Shown piece by piece: positions 29,032 to 38,897 of a stretch of 64,000 nt of DNA (position 1 is its first letter; every line of letters starts with the position of its first letter). Origin of the DNA: Thermoproteota archaeon (GTDB taxonomy: Archaea > Korarchaeota > Korarchaeia > Korarchaeales > JAOZGB01); the NCBI GenBank assembly GCA_037917685.1, contig JAVCBU010000011.1:64001-128000 (forward strand), given 5' to 3'. A program made the translations under genes and the position numbers. Below the pieces are notes generated by a model. It ran no database searches. It was not told the origin of the DNA and saw nothing but the letters and a program-made list of their open reading frames with translations.

Positions 29032-31407
29032 ATGAGCTTTAAGTATATCGGTAAACCAATGTCAAGGATAGACGGCTGGGAAAAGGCTGGAGGGACAGCC
29101 ATATACGCATTTGACATTGAGCTCCCGGGGATGCTGTATGCAAAGCTTGTTAGAAGCCCCTACCCACATGCGAGGATAGTGGAGGTCGACGGCGGGGATG
29201 CTGAAAGGCAGCCGGGGGTTGTAAGAGTAGTCTTTGGAAGGGATGTTCCCTACAAGCTTGGAATATATGTGGGTGACAGGGATGTACTTGCAAGAGAGAA
29301 AGCCTTGTGGTCAGGCCATCCTGTGGCCGCTGTAGTCGCAGAGTCGCTTGAAGCTGCTGAAAAAGCTGCTGAGCTTGTAAAGGTTAAATATGAACCCTTG
29401 GACCCCGTGCTTGACCCCCTGGAAGCCTTGAAGCCTGGCGCTCCAATAGTTCATGAAAGGCTGGGGGAGTATAGGAGACTTCCAGTCTTCAAACCCATAC
29501 CTGGGACCAATATTGCTAATATCTTCAGGCTTGTCAGAGGAAACATTGAAAGGGGGCTCGAACAAGCTGACCTGGTTGTTGAAAACGAGTTTTCAATGCC
29601 AATGGTAAGCCACGTATACATGGAACCCATGACGGTGGTTGCACACTATAGGCGTGATGGCCAGGTCGAGGTGTGGACAAGCGCACAATCACCCTTCACA
29701 GTAAGATACCTTACAAGCGTTTCCCTAGGGATACCTCTCCAGAATATTAGGGTTCACGTCCCCTACGTAGGCGGGGGCTTCGGCGGCAAGGCGGGGCTTA
29801 ACTTCGAGCCTCTCGTCATACTTTTGTCCAAGCTTTCAGGTTACAGACCCGTAAAGCTCTCCCTCTCAAGGGAGGAGAACTTCACATCTGCAGCTGTCAG
29901 GGTTGGCCTACATGCAAGGATAAAAACAGGAGTCTCGGGTGACGGCGTGATAACAGCTGAGGAAATAAGGTATGTCTTCGACGCAGGCGCATATGCTGAC
30001 TACGCGGTAAACGTGGGTAGAGCAGCGGGCTACGCCGGGGTAGGCCCCTATGAGATCCCGAACGTCAAGGTTGAATCCTACACCGTCTACACCAATAAGA
30101 CCTATGCTACTGCGTTTAGGGGGTTCGGCCACATGGAACTCCACTGGTGTGTGGAGAGACAGATGGACATTGTCGCCAGGAAGCTTGGGATGGATCCTGT
30201 GGAGTTTAGGCTTAAGAACCTTCACAAGCCTGGCAAGTCGATAACGGCGACAGGGGTTAGAGTTAGAGAGGATGCTGGGAGGCCTGACAAATGCCTCAAA
30301 GCCGTCGCTGAAGCCTTAGGCTGGGGGAGGACCCTTGGGAGGCAGGTTAGCCCATGGAAGTATAGGGGTGTAGGGCTTGCGATGTTTATGAAGGGGCCCG
30401 CCCAGCCTCCCAGCAGCGCTGCCTCGGCCATTATAAGATTTAACGAGGACGGTTCAGCCACCTTGCATGTTGGGACAACAGAGATAGGCCAGGGTACTCT
30501 CACGGCTTTGGCCCAGCTTGCCGCTGAGGAGCTTGGAATACCGTTTGAGATGGTTAAGGTTTCAACCGTGAAGGATACCTTGTTTACATCCTATACCTGG
30601 CAGACGGTTGGAAGCAGAAGCTTGTTCATGGATGGAAATGCTGTGATAATGGCCGCCAGGGATGCTAGGAGACAGATCTTGGAGAGAGCGGCAAAGGTTT
30701 TTAGGGCTGAACCCTCAGATCTTGAAATTGTTGAGGGTGTGGTTAGAGTTAGGGGGAAGCCTTGGATGAGCGTGGCTGTTAAGGACCTAGCCATGGGCTA
30801 CACCTATCCTGACGGGACATCTATAGGCGGCCCCGTAATTGGAAGGGGCTGGTATATTGCAAGGCATATGACAAATCTTGACCCTGAGACCGGGCAGGGA
30901 AGCCCGACCATTTTTGAAACGTATGGATGCCAGGGCGTTGAGGTTGAGGTTGACATCCTTACAGGGGAGGTTAGGGTTCTCCGGGTTGTCTCAGCCTTCG
31001 ATATCGGAAAGGCTGTGAATCCTCTGCTTGTAGAGGGCCAGATAGTTGGGGGTAGTGTCATGGCTATGAGTATAGCCTTAATGGAGGAGTTAAAATATGG
31101 CGAGGGGAGGATGCTAAACCCAAACCTCACAGACTACAAGGTTGCTAGGGCGGGGGACATACCCTGGGAGTTCAAATCAATAATTGTCGAGACTCCCCAG
31201 CTTGACGGTCCCTGCGGGGCCAGGGGTATAGGGGAGCTTACGATGATAGGTGTTCCAGCCGCAATAGGCAATGCAATTTACAATGCTATAGGAGTTGAGA
31301 TCAGAAGTATGCCCCTGTCCGGCGAGCATCTATGGAGGGAGATTCAAAGGCAGAAACCTAGTCTTCTACGTGAGGCTTTAGATAAGCTGGGGGTGAGCGG
31401 TGAATGA
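29032..31407 (+). CDS. Second xanthine dehydrogenase family molybdopterin-binding large subunit
   Basis: GGGFGGK, GAYADY, AFRGFG, EIGQG, GSR, RGIGE; ATG at 29032 (MSFKYIGK). Confidence 0.92.
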   Translation: MSFKYIGKPMSRIDGWEKAGGTAIYAFDIELPGMLYAKLVRSPYPHARIVEVDGGDAERQPGVVRVVFGRDVPYKLGIYVGDRDVLAREKALWSGHPVAAVVAESLEAAEKAAELVKVKYEPLDPVLDPLEALKPGAPIVHERLGEYRRLPVFKPIPGTNIANIFRLVRGNIERGLEQADLVVENEFSMPMVSHVYMEPMTVVAHYRRDGQVEVWTSAQSPFTVRYLTSVSLGIPLQNIRVHVPYVGGGFGGKAGLNFEPLVILLSKLSGYRPVKLSLSREENFTSAAVRVGLHARIKTGVSGDGVITAEEIRYVFDAGAYADYAVNVGRAAGYAGVGPYEIPNVKVESYTVYTNKTYATAFRGFGHMELHWCVERQMDIVARKLGMDPVEFRLKNLHKPGKSITATGVRVREDAGRPDKCLKAVAEALGWGRTLGRQVSPWKYRGVGLAMFMKGPAQPPSSAASAIIRFNEDGSATLHVGTTEIGQGTLTALAQLAAEELGIPFEMVKVSTVKDTLFTSYTWQTVGSRSLFMDGNAVIMAARDARRQILERAAKVFRAEPSDLEIVEGVVRVRGKPWMSVAVKDLAMGYTYPDGTSIGGPVIGRGWYIARHMTNLDPETGQGSPTIFETYGCQGVEVEVDILTGEVRVLRVVSAFDIGKAVNPLLVEGQIVGGSVMAMSIALMEELKYGEGRMLNPNLTDYKVARAGDIPWEFKSIIVETPQLDGPCGARGIGELTMIGVPAAIGNAIYNAIGVEIRSMPLSGEHLWREIQRQKPSLLREALDKLGVSGE

Positions 31408-32234
31408 TTAGCCTTCCATCCCTGTCATATCATAGGCCTAGAACCATCGAGGAGGCTGTAAGCCTCCTCAAGATGTACCGTGGGGAGGCGAGGGTTCTGG
31501 CTGGTGGAACAGACCTAATAGTTGACCTCCGTGCTAGGGCTAAGACGCCGAAACATGTGGTGGATATAAAGGGGATTCCAGAGCTGAATAGGATAACTCA
31601 CTTTGACGATGCTGTTGAGGTGGGGTCTGCCGTAACCCTGGCTGAGATACTTAGAGACGAGCGGATGATTATGTACCAGCCATTGTACACTGCTGTCGGG
31701 ATGATTGCAGACAGGATAATAAGGTTTAGAGCCACCCTCGCCGGTAACATATGTAACGCATCGCCCGCGGCGGATTCGGCTCCAGCTCTCCTGGTAATGG
31801 GGGCTGAGGTTAAAGTTGTAGGCCCAGCTGGGAGGAGAATTATTCCAATCTCAGAGTTCTTCACAGGTGTTAAGAGGACAGACCTTGAACCGGATGAGCT
31901 TGTGGAATCGATAAGGATACCGAAACCTCCCAGCAATGCCAGGTCTGGCTTCGTGAAGTTTGGAAGAAACATTGAGGACCTTGCAATAGTCAATGCTGCA
32001 GCCATGCTTACAGGCAGGAGGCTAAAAGTCTCCTACGGCTCGGTAGCTCCAACCCCTGTGATGGTTCAGGTTGAGGCTGAAAGCTACGGAGAAGCTGTTT
32101 TTAAAGTTTTGAGTGAAGCCTCGAAGGCCGTTAAGCCTATATCGGATGTCAGAGCATCCGCTGAGTACAGGCATCACCTGGTAAATGTTGCAACAGCCAA
32201 GCTACTGATGAAGATTTATGGTGGGGAAGCATGA
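31404..32234 (+). CDS. FAD-binding medium subunit
   Basis: AGGTDL, ATLAGNICNASPAAD, DVRASAEYR. Confidence 0.93.
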   Translation: MISLPSLSYHRPRTIEEAVSLLKMYRGEARVLAGGTDLIVDLRARAKTPKHVVDIKGIPELNRITHFDDAVEVGSAVTLAEILRDERMIMYQPLYTAVGMIADRIIRFRATLAGNICNASPAADSAPALLVMGAEVKVVGPAGRRIIPISEFFTGVKRTDLEPDELVESIRIPKPPSNARSGFVKFGRNIEDLAIVNAAAMLTGRRLKVSYGSVAPTPVMVQVEAESYGEAVFKVLSEASKAVKPISDVRASAEYRHHLVNVATAKLLMKIYGGEA

Positions 32235-32701
32235 AGGAGATTACGATTAAGGTTAACGGCGAGAAGGTCAGGCTCACCGTTGAGGACAATGAGACATTAC
32301 TGCAGGTGTTAAGGGATAGGCTTAGGATAAAAAGTGTAAAGGCGGCGTGCTGGCGTGGAGAATGCGGCTTGTGCAATGTTCTCCTAGAAGGAAAGCCTGT
32401 TAAGTCCTGCCTCGTGCTCGCCTGCGAGGTGGATGGTTGCAGCATTGTAACAGTTGATGGCCTTTACGACGATCTCTCCGAGAAGTTAAAAAAGGCATTC
32501 GTTGAGGAGGGAGCAATACAATGCGGCTTCTGTACTCCAGCATTCATACTAGCGGCCTACAGCCTCCTAAGAGAGAACCCGAATCCTTCCAGGGAGGAGG
32601 TTGCTGAGGCATTAAATGGCTTGATATGCAGATGCACAGGCTATTACCACATAGTTAAGGCAGTGCTGAAGGCTGCAGGGAGCAGTCATACGGAGGGCTA
32701 G
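32231..32701 (+). CDS. (2Fe-2S) small subunit
   Basis: CWRGECGLC, QCGFC, CRCTGY. Confidence 0.95.
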   Translation: MKEITIKVNGEKVRLTVEDNETLLQVLRDRLRIKSVKAACWRGECGLCNVLLEGKPVKSCLVLACEVDGCSIVTVDGLYDDLSEKLKKAFVEEGAIQCGFCTPAFILAAYSLLRENPNPSREEVAEALNGLICRCTGYYHIVKAVLKAAGSSHTEG

Positions 32702-32704
32702 TAC

Positions 32705-33508
32705 ATGCTGAGAGTGCTTGAGGAAGCTTTGAAATTAATGAGGGAAAGAATAGCATTCGCAGTCTGCACGGTGATCGAAAAGAAGGGATCCGGACCTGCA
32801 AACCCCGGGGATAAAATGATAGTAACACATGAAGGCGGGAGAATCGGCACCCTAGGGGGGTGGAGCTTCGAAAAACTATTCATAGAAGAAGTCTTAGAGT
32901 CCATAAGAAATGGAAATCCAAGGATTGTCGAAGTGGACATAACAGGTAGGGATGGGGGCGGGCTTGAATGTGGGGGCAAGGTTAAAATATTCGTCGATGT
33001 TTGGAACCCTGACCCCCAACTTGTAGTCTTCGGAGCAGGACACATAGGTAGAGTCCTTGCGAAAATAGCTGAAATTGTAGGTTACAGGGTCACGGTGGTT
33101 GAAACTGAAAAGCAAGCCGTTACGGAGGAGATGGAAAACCTGGTCCTTGTAGAAGACTATGCTAGCTATGCGAGAACAGTAAGGCCTGACAGTAAGACCT
33201 ACATCGTTATTACCGTGGGAGAGGTAGATCCATGCGCCAAAATACTGAGAGAGCTTCTACCAAAGGGTTTTCCCTACATAGGACTCCTAGGAAGCAGGAG
33301 GAAGATCCAAAGGGTTAAAGAGGAGCTTAGAAAATCAGGCCTAGAAGCTGAAATGATAGATAAAGTTAGGGCACCAGTAGGAATAAATATTGGCGCTAGA
33401 AACCCAGGGGAGATAGCGATAAGCATCATAGCTGAGATCATAAAAATCTCAAGAGAAAGGCCGACCCGAAAAGTTCATCAGCCAAAACTCAGCCCACATC
33501 GGATTTAA
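32705..33508 (+). CDS. xdhC: XdhC/CoxF molybdoenzyme maturation factor
   Basis: GS.P...G.KM, GTLGG, CGG, FGAGHI, YIGLLGSRRK, APVG..IGA..P.EIAISI.AE. Confidence 0.92.
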   Translation: MLRVLEEALKLMRERIAFAVCTVIEKKGSGPANPGDKMIVTHEGGRIGTLGGWSFEKLFIEEVLESIRNGNPRIVEVDITGRDGGGLECGGKVKIFVDVWNPDPQLVVFGAGHIGRVLAKIAEIVGYRVTVVETEKQAVTEEMENLVLVEDYASYARTVRPDSKTYIVITVGEVDPCAKILRELLPKGFPYIGLLGSRRKIQRVKEELRKSGLEAEMIDKVRAPVGINIGARNPGEIAISIIAEIIKISRERPTRKVHQPKLSPHRI

Positions 33509-33542
33509 GAAATGTTTATGAAGCATTTAAACCATTAACCTA

Positions 33543-33809
33543 TTGGGAGACATGCTATTCCTACATGGTTCCGATGTTATTGACAGAGTAGTAAATGTCA
33601 TCAGTAAGCATCAGGGAGCCTGTCTTCTCATAGTTTACGGAAGCGTCGCTAAAGGAACATATAATCCTAAGAGTGACATCGACCTCGCCCTTATCTTCAA
33701 AGGAAACCTTAAAAAGGTAAAAGAAGAGATTTTGGAGGTGTCAGCAACATACAATGTTCCTATAAGCCTGAAAATCCTAACTCCTGGTACTCCTCGGAGA
33801 AGAGCCTAA
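33543..33809 (+). pseudogene. Minimal nucleotidyltransferase (MNT) antitoxin, C-terminally truncated
   Basis: YGSVAKG...SDIDL motif; sequence after about 33780 belongs to the HEPN gene. Confidence 0.75.
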
Positions 33810-34062
33810 AACCCATAGTGGGGCCAAAAGAATATTAGGACTTCTACTCGTGAGGGAAGGGCTGACAGATAAGAAATACTCCAGAATATTCTCCGAGCTT
33901 ATGAACGCCAGGGAAGAAAGCGACTACATGCCAATTACAGACTATGACGAAGAGGAAACAGTAAACCTCATAGAAAAGGCAAAGGGATTTCTGAAGGAGA
34001 TGGAAAGAATAAGAAACATTATAAGACAAAGAGAACAAAAACTGAGAAAAAAGGTGAAATAA
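33781..34062 (+). pseudogene. HEPN domain protein, N-terminally truncated
   Basis: Frame from 33781: LLVLLGEEPKTHSG...REESDY; preceded directly by an in-frame TAA and lacking the first helices. Confidence 0.72.
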
Positions 34063-34275
34063 GTTATCAGTCAAGACTAAGACGGCTATAACCGGAAGGC
34101 AGACTCCACCGGGAAGGAAATACAGGCTTCAGTATGCTTATCTCTCAGCCTAGACGAGAACCAGCCTTGCTAGCCTTGGCGGCAGGGTTCTGACATTGCT
34201 CATCTTATTTGAATTCGAAAATGTAGTGTTATTAATATGAGGAGCTTGAATAGAGCTTAATATCTCATATAATAA

Positions 34276-34797
34276 TTACGTGGATATCGCCTTTGATATT
34301 GCATAGGCTATCAGCCCATATATGGCTCCGCTGGCGGCTGCTAGGAAGATTAGAACCGTGAAGACTCTCGGCGGGTAGACTGATCCCCATAGGAGAATGT
34401 CTAGTATTATTGAGGGGATTGACGGGAGGGCCCCGGATACTGCCGCCTCCGCCCTGCCGAACCTTTTATAGCGTGTAGCTATATATGGGATTTCTGAAAA
34501 TAGACCCTGAAACCCTGCGTATATTAGCCCTGAGAAGCCGCCTATCTGGGGCATTATGGATTCTACGAAGCCGGCCAGTAATTCTCCAAGGAACGCTGCC
34601 AGGGGCTTTTTGATGATGCTTGCAGCCAGGGGTGCAGCCATGTACCAAATACCGTAGGTTAGAAGTACCGCAACCAGCTTGCCTCCTACCGCCTTAATTG
34701 CGTAGTATGGCGTCCATGCATATGTAAATACAGCTCCGAATATGGCTGCTATCACGGCTAGGATTGCGAGGTCTACAGTTGTATATCTTAACTCCAC
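34276..34797 (-). CDS. ECF transporter S component (YkoE-like, possibly thiamine precursor)
   Basis: Small multi-TM protein; GIW..A, KP.AA..GE..A..VE, QG...E motifs. Confidence 0.78.
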   Translation of the reverse strand: MELRYTTVDLAILAVIAAIFGAVFTYAWTPYYAIKAVGGKLVAVLLTYGIWYMAAPLAASIIKKPLAAFLGELLAGFVESIMPQIGGFSGLIYAGFQGLFSEIPYIATRYKRFGRAEAAVSGALPSIPSIILDILLWGSVYPPRVFTVLIFLAAASGAIYGLIAYAISKAIST

Positions 34798-34843
34798 GGT
34801 ATCACCATGAATTTTAGGCTGACTTTTACTTTAAATCATACGT

Positions 34844-35572
34844 TTATATTCTCCCTATAATGTATGCTATTGAAAGCTGGAATACGAGCAACATTAGAAG
34901 GTACATGTCTAGAGGGAAGGGTTTAAGTATCTTCCTTACGGGTTTCCTATACCTGAACCCTCTTAGCTCGGTGGCGATGCCCATCCATTTACCCCTTTGT
35001 ATTCCCAGGCTGAATAGGGGGGTCAGTAAAGACCTCCAGTCTGAAGGCGTGACAGGTGTCTCCCTTAGGCCTCTACTTCTCCTAATCAGTCTAATCTCAT
35101 GTATATCCTTCTCAAATATCGAAAGAAGCCTTAGTGAGAGAGCTACCATAAAGGATGCCTCTTTAGGCATCCAAAGTTCGGCCTCTAGAGATTTTAGGAG
35201 GAGCCTAGGGTTTGTAAGGCTTGAGAATATAAGGCTTGCAGAGAGCATTATGCCCAGCCGGAGGCTTACATCAGCGAAGCCGTAGAGGGCTCCGGACCTA
35301 ATCTTTAATGGTCCGACGCTGGCTAACGGGGTTCCCCTGGCAAATATAAGGGCATTTATTAAAACTCCTAAAAGGCTTACGAAGAAAGGTACTAGAAATA
35401 GCTTGAACTTTTCGTATCCGACAACTATGCCTATCGGGAGGTTTACTGCTAAAATTAGGATGAGAGACCTTATATCTCTGAATACGAAGGCTGAAATTGT
35501 TAGGGACAGGCTGTATAGGAAAAGTATCGACGGGCTCAGTATTTCTGTCCTACGCATATTTCTCACTCTCAT
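34844..35572 (-). CDS. ECF transporter T component
   Basis: TM N-terminus plus coupling helices with SRG and ELRGF. Confidence 0.85.
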   Translation of the reverse strand: MRVRNMRRTEILSPSILFLYSLSLTISAFVFRDIRSLILILAVNLPIGIVVGYEKFKLFLVPFFVSLLGVLINALIFARGTPLASVGPLKIRSGALYGFADVSLRLGIMLSASLIFSSLTNPRLLLKSLEAELWMPKEASFMVALSLRLLSIFEKDIHEIRLIRRSRGLRETPVTPSDWRSLLTPLFSLGIQRGKWMGIATELRGFRYRKPVRKILKPFPLDMYLLMLLVFQLSIAYIIGRI

Positions 35573-36983
35573 CTATAGGTTTCGCTAGATATTCTGCAGC
35601 TTCCTTTTCCTCTACTTTAAAGGCCGCCCCTCTCTTCAGCAAATATATTTCATCAGCTACCTTTAACACTCTCTCGTCATGGGTTAGAAGCAAGGCAGTT
35701 CCACCTCTCCCTTTAAATCTATTAAGCCATGAGAAAAGATCCCTAACAAGGAACGGGTCTAAACCAGATGTGGCCTCGTCTAAGACTACAATTTTAGAAT
35801 TGTAAACTGACGCTAGAAGATAGGAGAGCATCCTCTTCTGCCCGTAGCTGAGTGTGTAGGGGGAGGAGTCCATAAGCGTGTTGAACTCCGGATAAGAGGT
35901 TTGCACCATCTCACGCCAGTTAACCCCGCTGTGTTTAGATGCAAGTTTAAACTCGTCCTTTACACTGCTTGTTACAAACATGTAAGTAGGCTCCTGGGGA
36001 AGGTAGATCACCAGCTTAAGGAGCTCTTTAGACTTAAGAAGCCATGGTTCACGCCCGTACACCAGGACTTTACCCATTACTGGCTTGTACAGGCCAGCCA
36101 CGATTTTACCAAGTGTTGTCTTTCCGGATCCGTTAGCCCCCACAATCGCATATATACACCCAGCTTTAAGCTTCATGGATAAGCCTTTGATTACAAAGGG
36201 GTAGGTTTCCTTGTATCTGAACCATACGTCTTCAATTATACAGGAATATCTCTCGTCACACTTCCCCCTCATACGTGGAGACTTTAATATTTTAGTGTAC
36301 CGTTCTAGGTGTCTACGTCCAAATTTCAGAGTTCCGTCTTCTACCACTGCGATTTTATCAGCAAGATTCATAAACTTCTCAGGCTTATGCTCTGTGATAA
36401 TAATGGCTACACCCTTTCTTTTCATCTGCGAGACTTGAGAAATTATCTCTGAGACAGCCCATGGGTCGAGATTCGCCGTCGGCTCGTCGATAATTAGAAG
36501 CTTGGGCTGATGCACTGTAGAAGATGCCAGGCAAAGCCTTTTCTTCTCACCTCCCGAGAGCTCTTCGACATCCCTCTCAGCCGCCCCGTGTAGCCCGTAT
36601 CTTTCAAGGATTTTATAACCCTCCTCCAGGGAGTTCTCAAACCCCATATTTTCGAGGGTGAATGTTACCTCGTCGATGGGGGTCTGCATAGCTATTTGGA
36701 GCTCGTGAGATTGAAGTACAACCCCAACTATTCTTGGAATAGCCGTAAAACCTTCGGGTTTAAGAGGGTCTACACCAAATACTTTTACATCGCCTTCCAC
36801 GTATCCGTTAAGAAGATGGACTAGAACGCCTGTCAAAGCTAGTATCAAGGTTGATTTTCCCGAGCCAGTTTTACCAGCGATAAGCAAGACTTCGCCCTTT
36901 CCAATGTTAAGCTCAACGTTCTTTAGTATAGGCTTATTTGCCGTATAACCCGCTGACCTTATACTTGCTGTTACTGTTTTCAA
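35550..36983 (-). CDS. ECF transporter fused double ATPase (A-A')
   Basis: GKTGSGKS/LSGGEK/DEPT and GANGSGKT/LSYGQK/DEAT. Confidence 0.92.
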   Translation of the reverse strand: MKTVTASIRSAGYTANKPILKNVELNIGKGEVLLIAGKTGSGKSTLILALTGVLVHLLNGYVEGDVKVFGVDPLKPEGFTAIPRIVGVVLQSHELQIAMQTPIDEVTFTLENMGFENSLEEGYKILERYGLHGAAERDVEELSGGEKKRLCLASSTVHQPKLLIIDEPTANLDPWAVSEIISQVSQMKRKGVAIIITEHKPEKFMNLADKIAVVEDGTLKFGRRHLERYTKILKSPRMRGKCDERYSCIIEDVWFRYKETYPFVIKGLSMKLKAGCIYAIVGANGSGKTTLGKIVAGLYKPVMGKVLVYGREPWLLKSKELLKLVIYLPQEPTYMFVTSSVKDEFKLASKHSGVNWREMVQTSYPEFNTLMDSSPYTLSYGQKRMLSYLLASVYNSKIVVLDEATSGLDPFLVRDLFSWLNRFKGRGGTALLLTHDERVLKVADEIYLLKRGAAFKVEEKEAAEYLAKPIDESEKYA

Positions 36984-36996
36984 CTATGCTGACACC

Positions 36997-38298
36997 CTAC
37001 CCGTAAGTATAGGTTGGAAGGAAGCCCCACGCCTCCCTGCCAGTCTCCTTGAATCCAAGAAACTTCTTAATTCGCCTAGCCTGATGGCCTACGGCTAAAG
37101 GCGGGCAGCCCGGCACGTATAGAGCTTTCTCTCTAAGCTGCCAGAAAACCCTATGCTTAGTTGAGAAAAGGGCACAGTCTCCCCATACAATGGGCAAACC
37201 TAGGTCTAGAAGGCTTTCAGGATCATCGGGAACAGCAGGATCGAGCCCCATTATGAAAACGAGTTTCCCAGCTTTCTCTGGAACTTTTTCGAGGATTCCT
37301 TCACCCCTCAAAGCGTAGAGGGTAAATTTGGCCCAGGCCTTGCATGCACGGCATGTACCCCCCTCTAACACTATAATATTTGGAAATATTCCCTCTATAA
37401 TCTCGCAGGAAGCTCTCTTAAGCCTCTTTCTGACATTGCTGATGGGTTCACCCAACACCTCTATCTTCTCAAGGTTTGCTTCACCCAAGCCCTGGCTGTA
37501 CGCGATACCTATAGGTCCAATCTCCCTAATTGGATGGTCAAACCCCATCACTGCTGCCCCAACAGCATCCGTAGCTACGGGGTCATCTCCTGCGAGGAGG
37601 ACACCCATATCCACGGGATCGCCGTAGATTGGGCCGTCTCCCTCCATAGCTTTAAGCCCGTCTACAATGCACAGTTTAACCTTGTCTCGGACAGCCTTCA
37701 ATATATCTACAAGCTTCTGCCAAAGGTCGCTTCTATGGTGTTTCAATCTGTCAGTAAGCGGGTCAACAAGAGCGTGTAAATCTTTAATACAAAGTGTTAC
37801 TCCTCCTCCCTCCATACTGCATTTCATCACTGGTATAGGGATTATAACGTCTGCCCTTAAAGCTTCATCCGCAATTTTCGCCTCTCTAAGAAGTATTCCT
37901 CCTGGAATCTTTACCTTGGTATAGTGTCTTCCACTCTCATCCTCAAATGGGGAAACCTCGCAGCCAACCTCCCCCGCAACACGGTATGCACCCACAAGTA
38001 ATAGTACATCCTTGCTTGTCATCTCCTCACGCCAAAGCAATGTCATAGCAGCCGTCCCCTCTCCTATAACAGGTTTACCTCCCGCACCCTTCACAAGCTT
38101 TGCAACAGCCTTTACAACCCTTATGTCGGTTGTTGTAGGCGGAGGGGCGGGCCTCACAAAGTTAGGTTTCAGCAGTACGCGATCCCCGGCTTTAACATAG
38201 TTTTCTATCCCGCCTACCAGGTCTACAGCATGCTTCAGAGCTCTGAATATTTCATCTTCGCTACGGCCATTCGCCTTTACAATTGAGACCCTGGTCAT
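36997..38298 (-). CDS. DUF362 domain protein with Cys-rich C-terminal extension
   Basis: VLLKPN, TTTD, AMEGDGP, DPVATD; TCRAC, GDC, PGCPP possible Fe-S ligands. Confidence 0.85.
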   Translation of the reverse strand: MTRVSIVKANGRSEDEIFRALKHAVDLVGGIENYVKAGDRVLLKPNFVRPAPPPTTTDIRVVKAVAKLVKGAGGKPVIGEGTAAMTLLWREEMTSKDVLLLVGAYRVAGEVGCEVSPFEDESGRHYTKVKIPGGILLREAKIADEALRADVIIPIPVMKCSMEGGGVTLCIKDLHALVDPLTDRLKHHRSDLWQKLVDILKAVRDKVKLCIVDGLKAMEGDGPIYGDPVDMGVLLAGDDPVATDAVGAAVMGFDHPIREIGPIGIAYSQGLGEANLEKIEVLGEPISNVRKRLKRASCEIIEGIFPNIIVLEGGTCRACKAWAKFTLYALRGEGILEKVPEKAGKLVFIMGLDPAVPDDPESLLDLGLPIVWGDCALFSTKHRVFWQLREKALYVPGCPPLAVGHQARRIKKFLGFKETGREAWGFLPTYTYG

Positions 38299-38310
38299 TA
38301 GTTTCCCCCT

Positions 38311-38484
38311 TTAGGTTATGATAGGCTCCTTGTAGCCCTCAATAAAGTATTTAATGGCTTCTTCGAACAGTTGAGAAACACTGTTTATACCTATCTCCCT
38401 TAGCTTTGGATTGTTCTCCTCGTAGAACTTTAAAGCTATGCTGTAAATCTCCTCTGGTACCTCTATCTTAACTTTTCCGGTCAA
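38311..38484 (-). CDS. Small ribbon-helix-helix-like protein (57 aa, absent from ORF track)
   Basis: TTG start after GGTG; MTGKVKIEVPEEIYSIALKFYEENNPKLREIGINSVSQLFEEAIKYFIEGYKEPIIT; ends 12 bp before the DUF362 gene. Confidence 0.65.
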   Translation of the reverse strand: MTGKVKIEVPEEIYSIALKFYEENNPKLREIGINSVSQLFEEAIKYFIEGYKEPIIT

Positions 38485-38548
38485 GTGTTCACACCACTGT
38501 GAATTACGGATGCCAATTCTTAAAAGAATGAGGTTCCATGATAGGTTG

Positions 38549-38695
38549 ATGGGAGAGATATACGTAGATTCAGAGTTGTGGAAAGAATATAAGAAGATTG
38601 TAGAGGAACTTGGCCATAAACCTGAGAATCTCCTCCCCTTTGTCCTAGAAAAATACCTTAGACATCTGAGAAGGAAGGTTAGTATTGATCATTAA
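38549..38695 (+). CDS. Small RHH/CopG-like protein
   Basis: MGEIYVDSELWKEYKKIVEELGHKPENLLPFVLEKYL: strand-helix-G-helix pattern. Confidence 0.55.
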   Translation: MGEIYVDSELWKEYKKIVEELGHKPENLLPFVLEKYLRHLRRKVSIDH

Positions 38696-38742
38696 CTCCT
38701 TATAAGTTGCTACATCTTTAACTCCTTATAAGTTGCTACATC
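38692..38742. repeat. Perfect 25-bp direct repeat, period 26
   Basis: ttaactccttataagttgctacatc at 38692-38716 and 38718-38742. Confidence 0.92.
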
Positions 38743-38897
38743 AAGAATGGTTTAACATTCCCTTATCGTCGGGTAGGGTATAGGAAGGTTTGAATATTCG
38801 GTTTCAGCAGATCAAACATTTCTAGGAAGGGTAGATCTAAATTTCACACCTATGCTGATGAACCTATATTTTTAAGTGTTCTTATCCGACGATTGCT

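Noticed and set aside
34157-34191. GC-rich hairpin between convergent genes
   Set aside because: Imperfect stem with no U-tract or recognisable RNA family
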